From Rebecca billardiae RCC1528 (lineage: Eukaryota > Protista > Haptophyta), in the NCBI GenBank assembly GCA_965240325.2, contig OZ251251.1:372001-436000 (forward strand): a DNA stretch of 64,000 bases. The letters are read 5' to 3'. Both the position numbers and the translations under genes were made by a program. Shown piece after piece: positions 36,976 through 48,832 of the stretch. The notes below the pieces were generated by a model that was not told the DNA's origin, searched no databases, and saw nothing but the letters and a program-made list of their open reading frames with translations. Position 1 is the stretch's first letter. Every line of letters begins with the position of its first letter.

Positions 36976-37303
36976 TCACAGCGAGACGGCAGCGGCCTGC
37001 ATCGCGGCTGCGGCCGCGGCCGTCGCCATGGCCACCGCCGCCCACGCTGCCCGCGGCGAGGACTGATCGCCGGCTGCGCCGCTCGGAGCGCCGCGCTGGT
37101 GCTGCGTGCCGCCTCGACCGCAGCCGCCGCGCGCCGCATCAGGCCCGGTCGCTGCGGCGTCGAGGGCCGCAGCGGTGACGGCGTCGAGCGGCGGAGGCGG
37201 GTACGCCGCCGCCGCGCCGGCGCCCGCTCCGCCCGCGAGCGCGGCGTCGTGCGCGCTGCGCACGCGCCGCGCCCACCGCAGCACGTCGCGCGCGGCAGCA
37301 GCC

Positions 37304-37341
<38 letters not shown>

Positions 37342-40300
37342 CCTCTGAGCCGCGCGGCGCGGCGCGCCGCCGGCGCCGGCCGCCGCGCCCCTCCGCGCGC
37401 GCGCCGCGCCGCTCGGCGCGCCACCGCGCCGCGCCGCCACCGCGTGCGCCGCCGCGCCGCCCGCCGCGCCGCCCGCCGCCGCGCGCGCCTGCTCGTGCGC
37501 GCGCGCCTCGTGCGCGCCGCGCTCGGCCTCCCAGGCGCGCGCCTCGTGCGGGCCGCGCTCGGCCGCGCCGCCGCCCGGCTCGGCCTCCCAGCCCGCCGCG
37601 GCCGCGCGCTCGTCGCGCCGCTTGCCCGCCTCGGCCGCGATGCGCGCGGCGTACGCCGGCGGCACGGGCGGCTCGCCCGCCGCTTTGGCCCGCTCGGCGC
37701 GCACGCCCGTGTCCGAGAGCGGGCCGAGCCGACCGCGCGCGCGCGCGCACCACACGCGCGCCGCGCCGCCAAACGGCGCGGCCGGGCCGCGCGCTCGCCT
37801 GTCCGCCGCCGCCGCCGCCGCGGTCGCGCGCACGTGCACGGCGCGCAGCCGGTCGGTGCGCGTGCGCCGGTGTCGGAGCGGGCTCACGCTGCGCGAGCGC
37901 GGCCACGACTCCGGCGAGCTGGCCCCGTCGCGCGAGGCGGGCGAGAGGGCGCGGCCGTACTCGCGCGCGGCACGCTCCAGCCACGCACCGCCGTAGCCGC
38001 CTCCGCCGCCGCCGCCGCCGCCGTGGGCGCTGTCGGCGTCGGCTGCGCCCGCGGGCGAGGCCGAGCGCGCGCGCCGGGCGGCCGACGCCTCCAGCGAGCC
38101 CGCATACGCACCCTGCGCATACGCACCCTGCGCATACGCACCCTGCGCCGAGTCTGTCCAGTAGCGCGCGCCGTGCGCGCCCCAGGCAGCCGGCGCGCCG
38201 TGTGCCTCCCACGCCGCACCCCGCCCACCGTCGGCGCCGGCGGGCGGCGCGCGCTGCGCGTCGGCTGCGTCGCCGTGTGCGCGCCCGCCGCCGTGCGCGC
38301 TCGGCGGGCGCGGCGCAGCGGCCGTGCCCGCGGCCGCGGCGGTGTGCGCGGGCACTGGGTACGGCTGCGGCGCGCGGTGCCACCGCGGCGGCGAGCCGGC
38401 GGCGGCCTGCGGGGCCGACCACGCCGGCGCGCCCACGGCCGCGCCCGCCGAGCTGTCGGGTGGCCAACGGGCCTCGTCCGCTGCCGCGCCGGGCGCGTGC
38501 CGTGCGGCCGCGCCGCGCGGCGATCGGCTGCGCTCCTCGTCCTCGTCCTCGTCCTCGTGCCGGGCGAGAGCGCGCGGCCTGCTGCGCGCGACGTCGGCGC
38601 GGGCGCCATCGGCGTGGGCCCCGCCACCGCCGCGGCTGCCGTGCCGCCAGCCCGCCCCGTCTGCGCCGCCGCCGCGAGGCGGCGAGGCGGCGGCGGCGGC
38701 GGCGGCTGCGCTCGCGTCCGCGGCCGCACTCGCCGCCGCCTCCTCCGCCGCCCACGCCTCCGCCTCCGCCGCCGCCGCCGCCTGCTCCGCGGCCAACCAC
38801 GCGCGCAGCTCGACGCGCTCGGCGGCGGAGGAGCCGCCAGCGTCGCTCCCGGCCTCGTCCTCCTCGTCCGGCGCACGGCGGCGCGCGGCGGAGGCGCGGC
38901 CGCGCGAGGCCGCGCGGCGCGCGGCCGGCTCGGCGCGCGGCCGGCGCGCGGGCGATCTCGAGCGCGATCTCGAGCGCGCGGCGCGCCGCACGCGCGGCCC
39001 CGCCGACGCCGCCCGCTCCGGGGGCGGATCTGCAGATCGCGACCTGCGCGTGGGAGAGCGCGATCTCCAGCCGCTCGTGGACTCCTCCGCCTCCGAAGAG
39101 CTGCGCCGCCGCCCACGCTCACCGCCATGCTCGCGACTGCTGCCGCTCTCGTCGGCGCGCGACTCCGCGCGCGCGCGGCCGCGGCCGCGCGCGGAGTCGC
39201 GCGTCGCGCGTCGCGGAGAGCGTGATGTCCGCTCGGAAGCGGATGTCCGCTCGGAAGCGGCGTGGCGCGCGCCGCCGCTCTCACGGCGGCTCCGACCGCC
39301 CTCCGCCGCGCGCTGCGCGCTCGCCCCGGCCCCCGCCGGCGGCGGCTGCGCCGCGTACGCCGCGGCCGAGGCGTGCGTGTGGTGCGTGTGCTGGTGCGGG
39401 TGGTGCGTGAGCTGCAGCACCGCGCCGCCCAGCGCGGCGTGCAGCGTCGTGAGGCCCGCGGGCTGCTCGGCAGACAGGGCAGCCATGGCGCCGGGCGGCG
39501 GCGGCGCGGCGGGTGCGTACGGCGGTGAGATTGCCACCTGGTGCGCGGCCGCGCCGGAGCCGGCCACAGTACCGCCAGCCGCGCCGTCGCGCCCGGGCGG
39601 CGGCGGCGGCGGCGGCGGCGGCGGATGAGGCGGATGCGGTGCAGGCACGAGCGAGCGCGGCGGCGCGCCGGCCGGCGTGGGCGGCCGCGGCGCGTGCGCG
39701 CCCGCCGCGGGGCTCGGCGCGGGCGACGCGGCGCGGCGCTCGCGCAGCGGCGACGGCGAGACGGGCGGGCCGTGTGTCTCGGCGCCCGCCTCGCCGTGCG
39801 CCATGCCCGTCGCCGCCCCGCGCCGCGGCGGCGACGGACTCAGCGCGATCGCAGCAAGCCGCGCGCGCGCGCGCTGCGCCTCCGCCTCCGCGCCCAGCGC
39901 GTGCACGCGCGCCTCCAGGGCGCCGAGCCGCGCGGCCGCCGCGCGCTCCGCGCTGCCGGGCGGCGCGGCCGTCGGACCGTGCGCTGCGAGTGCCGCGAGG
40001 CTCGGTGTGCCGTCGCGCGCGCCACCCCCGCCGCCACTGTCCACGCCGCCGCCTCCGCCGCCGCCCGCGCCCGCGCCGTCGCCGCCGCCGCCGACCGAGC
40101 GCTCGAGCGCACGCACGCGCTCGGCGAGGGTCAGGAGCGAGGCGTGCTGCGGCGGCGCGGCGTCGCTCAAGAACGTAGCGCCAGGGCCCGCCGCCTCGGG
40201 CCGCGCCGCGTCGCGCGCGCCGCCGCGATCCGCCGAGCGCGCGCGCGGCAGCGCTGCCGCAGCCGTCGGAGCAGCAGTCGTGTGCACGGCCGCGGCGGTG

Positions 40301-40740
40301 CGCCGCGCGGCGGCGCCGCGCGTGGGCGTGGCGAGCGCACGGGCGCCTTCGGCGCGAGCCATAGCGTCGCGCACGAGCGCGCGCATCGCGTCGACGGCCT
40401 CGACCACCGTCGCCGGTGGCGCGTGCGCCCGCGCGCGGCGGCTCTTGGTGACGGGTGAGCGCGCGCGCCGGACGCCGCCGGGCGACGCGGCGGCACGGCG
40501 GCGGACCGAGGTCGGGAGCCCGTGCGCCTGGCTAATGGCGGGTGGAGATGGCCGTGTCAGGTCTGCCGCGGCACCGCGCCGTGTGCGAGGAGGAGCACCC
40601 GCGTGCGCGCGCGCGCGCGGCGGCGCGAGCGGCGCTGCGCGTGGCGCCGCCCCCGAGCCGGCGGCGCGCCGGCGTGGCGGCAATGCGGGCCGGCTCGTCG
40701 TGGGCGGGTCATCCGCGGGGATCCATGTGCGCGGCCGCAT
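36976..40740 (-). CDS. Uncharacterised low-complexity/coiled-coil protein
   Basis: Long ORF with protein-like composition (LAERVRALE, LGALEARVHAL, RS-rich segment, AYAQG x3); no recognisable domain. Confidence 0.5.
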
Positions 40741-41100
40741 GGCAGCCGAGCCTGCGAGCACGCGCCAATGCGCCCTGGCGCCGGGCGAGGAGCTGTGCTG
40801 TCGCGAGGCGCGTGCGCCGAGCGATCGAACGCCCCGACGCGCAGGGCAGCGCTTTGAGCTTGAGCTTTCGGTTTTAGAGAAGGCGGCTCAAGGCAGGACG
40901 GGAGCGGCGGAGCGCTGAGGTTCCTCGCAGCGCCGCCGCTGTGAAAGCCGTTTTGAAAACGGCGCGAGTGTGCATTGGGCATCCATGCAAAAGAAAGGCG
41001 GCCATCATCAAAAGACTGGCTACCAGCGCTCGCTCGCGCGCAGGCACCCTGCAGTCCGCCAGTCCCTGCTCCAGCCCGGTGTTGTACTTGCACAATAGAC

Positions 41101-44100
41101 ATGGCGCCGTCTGCAGGCGCCTCCCGCGCGCTCCGCCTGGCGCCAGCTGCGCCTCCCCGCCGCGGCGGCCGCGTGTCGGCTCGCGGCGCTTCGCTGCTCG
41201 TCGCTCTATGCGCGAGCCTCGTCTCGGCCCGCACGCCCTCCGTGGAGCACGACGCGGCACGCCTGCGCTCCGAGCAGTGCCTCCGCGAGACGGCGGCGGC
41301 GCCTTGCGGCTCCTGCTTCGACGGCAACTCGTGCGGCTGGTCACACGTGTGGTGCGAGCAGGAGCTGTGCGCCGCGCACGCGGGATGCACGGCGCTCGGT
41401 GCGGCGCAGGTGCCCGCCGCGGCCGCTCGGATCGGTGGGCTCGACGTGCCCGACACCCAGGACCTGATCGCCGAGCCGCCGGCGCGGCCGCGCGCGCGCT
41501 CGGAGGCGTCGGCCGCGCAGACGCCGGCGCGCGAGGTGGTGCTCATCGCGGGCGCGGCGCGCGACGGCTTCTGGGCGATGGTACTCTCGGTGCTCAACGC
41601 CGCGCTCTTTGCGCGGCAGACCGGGCGCGACTTCCTCGTCTGGCGCAACGACACGCGTGACCCCTTCTGCGGCCGCTCCGTCGCGCGCACGCCCGGCGAG
41701 AGCTGTTGGGAGCAGCTCTTCGAGCCGATCGGCGTGCGCGCGGCGGCGCCCGCGCCTAGCGTCGTGGCGCCCCGCCTGCTCGCGCCCGCGACGGGTGGCC
41801 GGCTCGTTGGCCTGAGCTGCGAGGCGCGCCACGCGCTCTGGACCAACCTGACGCGCATCTACCCGAGCAGCCCAGCCATTGCAGCCGCCGAGCGCGCGCG
41901 GCGCGGCGCTGTCGTCGAGCGCTGGGCACGGCCCACGGGTCGCATCCGCGCCGCCGTCCGTGCATGGTGGGTGACACACGTGCAGCCCCTCACCGACGCG
42001 GGGCGCCCGATCCGCGTGCTCGGCGTGCACGTGCGCGGCACGGACAAGTGGATCCAAGGCGTAGTGGACGTGCACTGCTACTACCCGCTGATCGACGCGT
42101 ATCTGGCCGCGTTTGGCCTCAACACGGACGTGCGCATTCTGGTCGCGACAGACGATGCGCGCTTCGACGCGGCGATCGTGGCACGGTACGGGCGCACGCG
42201 CGTGCTGCGCCAGGGCGACGGTGTGCTGCGTGGCGACGCGGGCACGCCCGTGTGGCAGCAGCGCTACGCAGTTGGCGAGGCGGACGCCCGAAGCACGCAG
42301 CGCGCAGAGCAGGTGCTGCTCGACACGCTGCTGCTCGCCAACTGCCACTTCCTGCTCAAGTCGGCGTCGGCTGTGCCCGAGTTTGCTCTCTACTACAACC
42401 CGCAGCTGCCGTCATTCGACCTGCAGATCCCTGGCGAGCGCCTGCCTGCTTGGGCGGAGGCCGCCGCGAGAGCGGGCAGAGCGGAGGGGCAGCAAGCGCG
42501 CAGCTCTGGCCTGGCGCGCGCCTCCGCAGTCACACGCGGCGCGGGCATCCGGAGCGGCAACAGGCGCGCGCGCAGCTACAAGTGCCCCGCGTCCGCACCC
42601 AAGCCGCAGCGCGCATCTCGGCTGAGCACGCTCAACACGTGGATGCCGCCGACGTGCCCGGGCGGCGCGCGGGGCGAGGACAGCCTGAACGAGACACGGG
42701 CCATCTTCCTGACGGGCAGGCAGGTGCGCGCGCGGAACGTGCGGTCATTGGTGCGGTGCTTTGATGGCTGGCCGCCGCAGGCACGGCGGAGTCTTTCCCC
42801 TTCCTGTGATTGCGAGCGGGCGTGGCAGGCTGTCCCGCGCGGCAGCATCGTCTCACGCGCCGGGCAGGCACGCGCTCACCAGGCCTGGCTTGCATGACCC
42901 ACGCGCGCGGCGCGCCCCGGCCTGCCGCGGCGGGTGGTGCGCGCAGTTTGGGCTCTTCGCTAATCACCTGCGCTCGATCACCAACGCGTTGAGCTACGCG
43001 TACGCTCTCAACTCGACGCTGCACCTCGACCGCCCGCTGTCGCTCTTCATCGTCTCCTACTTTGACATGGCGTGGCTGCGCCGCTTTGTGAGCCAGCGAC
43101 GGCTGGTGCTTGACCCTGGCGTAACGAAACCACTCGAGCAGCGGAGCGCCCGTGCGCGCGCGTCACGTACACCCGCGCCCGCGTGGAGGAACAGCAACGC
43201 CACTGGCGGCGCGTTCATCCGACTCGAGCAGGGCGACTCATTCTGGTGCGGTGGGCCGTGCACGCGAGCGCACCCGCACTCGCAGTTTGGGCTCAGCCGC
43301 GAGATGATGTTTGGGCTACGGCGCGGTGGGCAGTCGGGCAACGAGACAGGAGGGGACGACGGCTACCCTAGCCGTGAGACGTGCGCGTACTGGCCTTTCA
43401 GGCCCCACATGGTCTTCTTCGACGCGGTGAAGCCTGTCATCGCAGCGGAGCCGAGGTGGACCTCAAGAGTCATCGGCTACCACCAGCGCTCGCAGACAGT
43501 GGTGCCCCATGAGGCGGTTGGCGTCAATTGCAGGGCGTCGGCGCAGCGCATCGTCGACGTGCTCATCGACGGGCGGAACCCGGGCAGCTCTGGGGAGGCC
43601 GATTACCAGTCGCACGCCGCGCTTGAGGCCAATGCGCGCCTGTTCTACCTGACTGTGTGCGCAGCGGCAGCGCGTCCAGAGATGCTGCTCAACGTCCGCA
43701 GCGACACCGAGCGCGACGAGGCCTTCCTCTTCCTCGCCTCGGACAAGTATGCCCGGAGCGCGCGCAGGGGCTGGATCGAACACATGCGTGTCTTCGAGGG
43801 TGCAGTGACAATGGCTAAGCTGCCTAAGAATGCTGGTACGTGAGCGCGTGCGCAGGCGCCCGCTCCCTGAGCCCGCGCGTGAATGCCAGTGTGCATCACC
43901 AATCAGCTGCCCGTGTGCCCGCTGCCCCACCGCCACATGCAGACCCGTACAACGCCAACTTGGGCAAGTGGCTTAGCTACGTGTACACCCACTTCCGGCA
44001 GCGGCGCTACCTCATCTTGCAGCCGAACAAGCAGCAGACGTCGCTGGCACCACACACTGCCAGGATGGGCGACGACGGCGGTGATGAAGAAGACATCTTG

Positions 44101-44415
44101 GACGAGCCGGCCCCGGATGTGCAGGTGGCTTACACCAACGTCGATGTGATGAAACTGGATGTGCTGCAGAACCTCCGGATTGCAGGCGCAAACGCTGGCA
44201 GGGCGGAGCTGTCCGACATGCTGCAGCTTGTGGCTGCTGACGAGTTCTGGCCGACACCAGGCTCGACGTTCTCAGAGGCTGTGTGCTACTGGCAAGTCAC
44301 CTGGGGAGGCAAGCAGCTGCCACCGTTCCTGCGCAGCTGTCGGGACATCACCAGCGGCTGGGGCCCTGCATGCGAGACGCCAGCGGACATTGGCCTGCGC
44401 AAGCTGAAGTGCTGA
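41101..44415 (+). CDS. Secretory glycosyltransferase with two tandem fucosyltransferase-like (GT-B) domains
   Basis: Domain 1 has VLGVHVRGTDK, ILVATDD and LLDTLLLANCHFLLKSASAV (NodZ/GT23-like). Domain 2 has GLFANHLRSITNALSYAYALNSTLHL, IGYHQR, FLFLASD and DMLQLVAADEFWPTPGSTFS. Frame-consistent introns 42822-42882 and 43836-43942; possible in-frame intron 42724-42780. Confidence 0.72.
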
Positions 44416-44421
44416 CGCGTA

Positions 44422-46112
44422 GCTGACAGGTTGCACGGGAAACTGACCTTGGTGTTACATTTCGGCCCTTTGGAGCATGGCTGCCCGCCCACGGGCCCTC
44501 GCGGGTGCGGCCGTTGCTGCCGCGCCATGTACGACTCAATGAGTCTTGCGCACGGTTTAGGCCGTGCCTACTGACGCACATGTAGCAGACCGAGCCCTCC
44601 TCCCAAGCTCGCCAAGGGCCCAACCGCGTCATTTGAAGAGCAGCCGCCACGAGCGTCATCCACTCGACTCGCGGTCGGCACGATACGTGCGAGAAGTTGC
44701 GACGGCGCGCAACTCCTCGTCATCGTCAGGAGTCAGCCAGCGAGCACCCTGCGGCCGCACCTCGGCGACCCAGCACACGCAAGGCAGATTCGACCTTGGG
44801 CGAGCCCTGGCGACCTCCGCCTCGAGCTGGATGCCACGCGTAGCAGCCCGAGTCGACGTCGTGGAAAGGCACGCGCACGCATAGAGCATCAGACAGTGCG
44901 CCGCATCTGCCTGCCGGAGTGTACCATCACCGCGCCCGCGCGACCGGGTTGAAGAAGAAGTCGTCAACGACGAGCGAGCCGGCGTCCAGCGGAACGGGCG
45001 GTGCAGCCGGCGCCGCGCTGTGCGAACAGGGTGGAAGCCGACCGCTGCCGCGCGCGACGTGAGCGAGCTGGCGGGTGCACGCCAGTCAGCTGCGGATGAT
45101 GCGGCGAAGAGGCGCGCTACCACCTACTCCACCTCGCGCGACTTAGTCTTGCTGACGTGATCACACACGCGCGCGATCAATGAGATACTCAACGTCGAGC
45201 GCCTGAGTGCTGTCTCGAAAGGTGCCTTCCCCCTCACTCAGGGCGTGCCTGTCAGCGTGGTCGAGCGCCGCGCTTGTTGCCTCGGCCTGCTGAGCGTCAG
45301 CGAGGCGCTTGTCAAGGATCGCCTGCTTGCTGCGTCACGGCGCGCGAGCGAGCCACGCGCTCGACCAAATGCGTGCGCTTCCGATACTTCTTGCCGGCGG
45401 CAAAGGCAGACTGCCCAGAGTTCGCCTGCTTGTCCGAGGACCCCGCGCCAGACGCCTGCACGGCCGGAGCAGCGGCCCGAGCTGCAACAGCAGAGGCCGC
45501 GCGCGCCGTAGCAAGCTTCGCCCTCGTGCGCTGGACGCGTTTGGCGAGCATCGTCTTCTGTTTCCTTAGCGCGCTCCGGTTGCCCGCCTTCTTCTACGAA
45601 GGCCTCGTGAGGCGAGCTTCACAAGCACTCGCGTGTGTGGTCCGAGCCACCTGAGCGCGTGCGCACGGTTGCGTGCTCGTGCGTACGGTATGAGCAGTGC
45701 AGCAGGAGACCAGCACACGTTCGTGCAAGGGTGCACGCGCATACTACAACCGGCGCATCCTGCTCGTTCGCGACGGCAGCCTCCTTGAAGGCTCTATCTA
45801 CCACCTGTATCCAGGTCCCAGTTGTGCTTCTTCCCGATGCGCTTCGGCTTCGCGCCACTGCCGACGCGGGAGTGAGAGGAACTGGGCACCAGACTGCGGT
45901 ACCGATTGCGGGCGAACGGGGAGGCGGGCCGTGGCGGCGAAGGTCGGAAACCACCGGCATTCGTGTGCTCCGTGGTTTCCAAGCACTCGCGCCACGCGCC
46001 GGCCGCCATGGGACGGGCGCGATGTACCGAAAGACGGGTGGACAGGTCACGTCCACTGTGAATGTAACATCTGTCAGTCGCGGGCGGTCATTTTTCCGTG
46101 CAACCTGTCAGC
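44422..46112. mobile_element. Non-autonomous TIR DNA transposon flanked by TA (Tc1/mariner-like)
   Basis: GCTGACAGGTTGCACGGGAAACTGACC (44422-44448) is inverted at 46086-46112 with 2 mismatches; TA at 44420-44421 and 46113-46114; extra subterminal TGTTACATT/AATGTAACA; broken ORF fragments inside. Confidence 0.75.
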
Positions 46113-46230
46113 TACATTCAGTGACGATGATATCGGCGGCTGACGACGATATTAGCGCGAGTACTATACGACATATGATGAGCGTTATCGTCGGACCGTA
46201 AGCTACGCTACAGTTTACTGCGCTGCTAAG

Positions 46231-47623
46231 AATAATGACCGCGTTCCGCGGTCCTTTTCTGCCGATAGAATCCGAACGCAGTTCAAGTTGGGGGCCCGCG
46301 GTGGCCGAGTGCAATCGCGCTCTCCGCCGTAGTCGGGCAGTTCGCCAGTTGAAGTAGTCGGTTCTGAGATGACTGAAGCTATTAGTCCGACCGTCGCCCT
46401 GCCTGCGCGACCGCGAGACTCATTCACACTTCACACAATCACAGCAGCGGACCTGAGTCCTGAGACCGCACCCGCCCCCTGCACCGGTCGTCAAATCGGA
46501 CGTCCGTCTGACAACTCGCTGCCAAATGTCCAACTGGCTGATCAGCTCGGATCCGACCCGTCCGCGATCGTGCCATCGGCATCGGACGTCCGTCTGACAA
46601 CTATTACTACTAGTAGCTGCCAAAGTGCCAAACTGTCCAACTCTGGCTGATCAGCTCGGATCCGACCCGTCCGCGATCGTGCCGAGACTGAGTCGTGCCG
46701 CGGAGCTCGGAGTACTGAAGGAGTCGGGTGTGACAGCAGTAGGGTGCTTTAGCGCTGCGGCCCGTGCCAGCCAACGACCAGACGTACTCTGGCCACTTGA
46801 CCCGTTGCAGGCTGGCGGCGGTTGCAGGCGGGTGAGTCGGACCGTACGCCCTGCCTAGGCGCGCGCGCCGCGCGACTCGGGACCGTGATGGAGAGCGGAT
46901 GGCGACAGCAGTGTCAGCAGTCCTCATGAAGACGATGAAACTGGCGGCACGGGTGCACGAGGTGGCAGGCGAAAGCGCGCCGACGCGAGACCGCATTTGA
47001 CACACCTGAGCCGCACGCGCGTCGGGCCTGTCGCCGAGCGGCGAGCGCAGGCGCTGCAAACGCGCAACTTATACCGCGCGCGCGCCACGACGGCGCGGCA
47101 CTAGCTGATGCAGGCCGTACTGCCGGCACTGCTTCTGCGATCATGCGCCACGGTCGCAGCTGACTGCGTGAGCAGCAAGCGGGAGGCGGGTCCGGATGCA
47201 CGTGCAGGCGCGCTCGCAGGCCAGGGGCGTTGGTCCCGCATCCGCCATCGTGCCGGGGCACGACCACGTCACCTCCCGCTCCGTCTCCGACGATCCGGAT
47301 GTGGCCCAGTCCGGACGTCACGCAATCCGCCGGGACGACGAATACGATTCGCTCGTAACGAACCGTTACGCTAAAGTCACGTCCGGCTCACGTCCAGATC
47401 GCACTTTACTTAGGGAATATCGTGGGCGCGCTCTTTTTCGGCCGAATAGACCTCTCTATGCGATCTCAAAACTACTCGATACTCGGTCTCCGTCAGCCCT
47501 AAAAGTAAAAATCGCCCCCGTCCCTTTTTCCCCTTTTTTCTTGATCAAAGATCTTTTTGAAACGTGGTTCGGGCCCGCAGTGCGGGCTCCACGCTGCGCG
47601 CTCCGCCCTGCACCGCGGGCCAT
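46231..47623 (-). mobile_element. Helitron2/Helentron-like non-autonomous element H1
   Basis: Terminal hairpin GACCGCG-TTC-CGCGGTC (46237-46253); asymmetric IR GGCCCGCGGTG (46293-46303) / CACCGCGGGCC (47611-47621); both ends shared with H2; internal tandem repeat at 46496-46684. Confidence 0.65.
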
Positions 47624-47659
47624 AAGACTTATACTATAAGAGACGCACACAGCTCAGGC

Positions 47660-48720
47660 AGGCGCAAGATTGTCTGAACTTGAGGTGTGCGGTTCAGGCG
47701 ACGAACATATATCAAGGCGGCCCGCGCACATCAGTTATTCAGTACAGACGAGACTGGCTAGTGGCGTCGTACGGCCCCAGCGCGACCTACTACTGAGTGC
47801 GCGCGCTTGAGCCGACACCTTGCGCCCAGTAATTCAGTTGAGGCCGTACGTTCGTGCGGGCTCGTCGGCACGGCCATTGCCGGTGTTAGTTCAATTAAAC
47901 GTTAACGTTCGCGGGCACTGCGCGATGTCTGAGCACACTGGCATCAAGGAGTGAGGGGGGCTGTGGCCGGGGGATGTGTTGGTGTGGTACTGGTGCGCAC
48001 TCTCCTAGCTCGGACTTGTCGTACGACCCATCGGTCTGGAGATTCACGCAGCAAGTAAGGCTTCGCTAACGGTTATATCACCACACAGACCATTTTTGGC
48101 CGCCATTTCGTTATTTATTTATATGGCTGTGAATGCTGCCTTGCATGCTGCGTCACAGTGAGCCTGTGTGCCGCGTGCAGCGCGTGCCATTGCTGCTGAC
48201 AAGTCGCAGAGCTACCGAGGAGCATGTCACAGCACTATGATAGTCTAAGTCCCGGTGGTCGAGCACGCTCACACCTTGTCCGCAAAAGATCGAGCACGCG
48301 CCCATTATGCCTAGATGCAGTCGCACACGTGAAGACGGGTGACAGTTGGTGAGCCCTCATCTCAATCCGCGCGTACGACTCATACTTGCTCGGAGGCTTT
48401 GGCGGGGAAGGGACGCTAGGAGAGTGCGTGCCAGTACCGCACCAACACGTCCCCCACCACAGTCCCCCTCCCCTTGGTGTGCTACATCGCGCCGCGCCCG
48501 CACGTTTGAACCAACACCTGCAATGGCCGTGCCGACGAGCCCGCACGAACGTACGGCCTCAACTGGGCGCAAGATGTCGGCTCAAAGCGCATCTGTAGGG
48601 CGCACGGGGGCCGTACGACGCCACTAGCCCGTCTCTACTGATGATGTGCGCGGGCCGTCTTGGCGCCGTGCTCGGCATATGTTCGTCGCCAACCGCGCAC
48701 CACAAGGGCAGCCATGCGCC
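47660..48720. mobile_element. Degenerate fold-back (long inverted repeat) element
   Basis: Arms ~47660-48010 and ~48414-48720 are reverse complements with indels, e.g. CTAGTGGCGTCGTACGGCCCC / GGGGCCGTACGACGCCACTAG and TTGAGGCCGTACGTTCGTGCGGGCTCGTCGGCACGGCCATTGC. Confidence 0.8.
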
Positions 48721-48832
48721 CAGTGAACCAACACCGACCGGTGTTGGTGCGTTTCACGAGCAGTCCGGGTCAGGGTGAATCCCAGCTCTCGTCACTCTGC
48801 AGGCGGAACGTATTTCTGGCGGCGCCCGCAAT

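Noticed and set aside
46496-46684. Repeat with spacer-like appearance (CRISPR?)
   Set aside because: Only two degenerate units, no regular unique spacers, no cas genes, and a eukaryotic context
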